Positions 5,744-5,747 of a stretch of 5,747 bases of DNA are shown here, piece after piece; position 1 is the first letter of the stretch, and the number at the start of each line of letters is the position of its first letter. Location of the stretch: the IMG/VR virus record IMGVR_UViG_2617270951_000013, one strand, 5' to 3'. This DNA is from a virus (lineage: Duplodnaviria; Heunggongvirae; Uroviricota; Caudoviricetes). The notes below the pieces were generated by a model. That model saw only the letters and a program-made list of their open reading frames with translations. It made no database searches and was not told the DNA's origin. The position numbers and the translations under genes were made by a program.

Positions 5744-5747
5744 ACGG

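Larger units (their letters stand above)
598..5747. mobile_element. Right-hand arm of an integrated prophage-like element (tail-fibre invertase module, cargo genes, com-mom); continues beyond the right edge of the window
   Basis: Abrupt loss of PTS homology at about 598; phage-typical gene set (serine invertase with gix-like site, com/mom pair); mosaic base composition; all genes co-oriented toward the boundary. Confidence 0.7.

Noticed and set aside
1-5747. CRISPR array, tRNA or rRNA genes
   Set aside because: No regularly spaced direct repeats with unique spacers, no cloverleaf-compatible segments with conserved tRNA features, and no rRNA-like sequence were seen.

Overview
This window reads as the attachment-site-proximal arm of an integrated prophage-like element; every convincing gene but one is on the minus strand. 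From high to low coordinates: a gix/hix-type crossover site at the right edge (5718-5743); a Gin/Pin/Hin-family serine DNA invertase (5652-5080); a 684-aa SASA-family esterase (sialate O-acetylesterase-like) with a Pro/Ser/Thr linker and a beta-rich C-terminal domain (4994-2940); a 60-aa single-TM peptide (2795-2613); an 84-aa acidic protein (2577-2323); an AT-rich island with a divergent 97-aa orphan ORF (1862-2155, plus strand); an overlapping com-mom-like pair (Com zinc-finger 1605-1405, Mom-like enzyme about 1451-714); the element boundary (about 598-713, with TTTGATAC repeats); and the displaced 3' fragment of a glucose-family PTS EIICB gene (597-1). No rRNA, tRNA or CRISPR array is evident. 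The main candidates for something new are the cargo island wedged between the invertase and com-mom, a palindromic GATC pair just upstream of com, and a possible small plus-strand transcription unit divergent from the membrane-peptide gene. All calls come from reading the translations and motifs; no database search was run, and comparisons to Mu, e14 and NanS-p are from memory.
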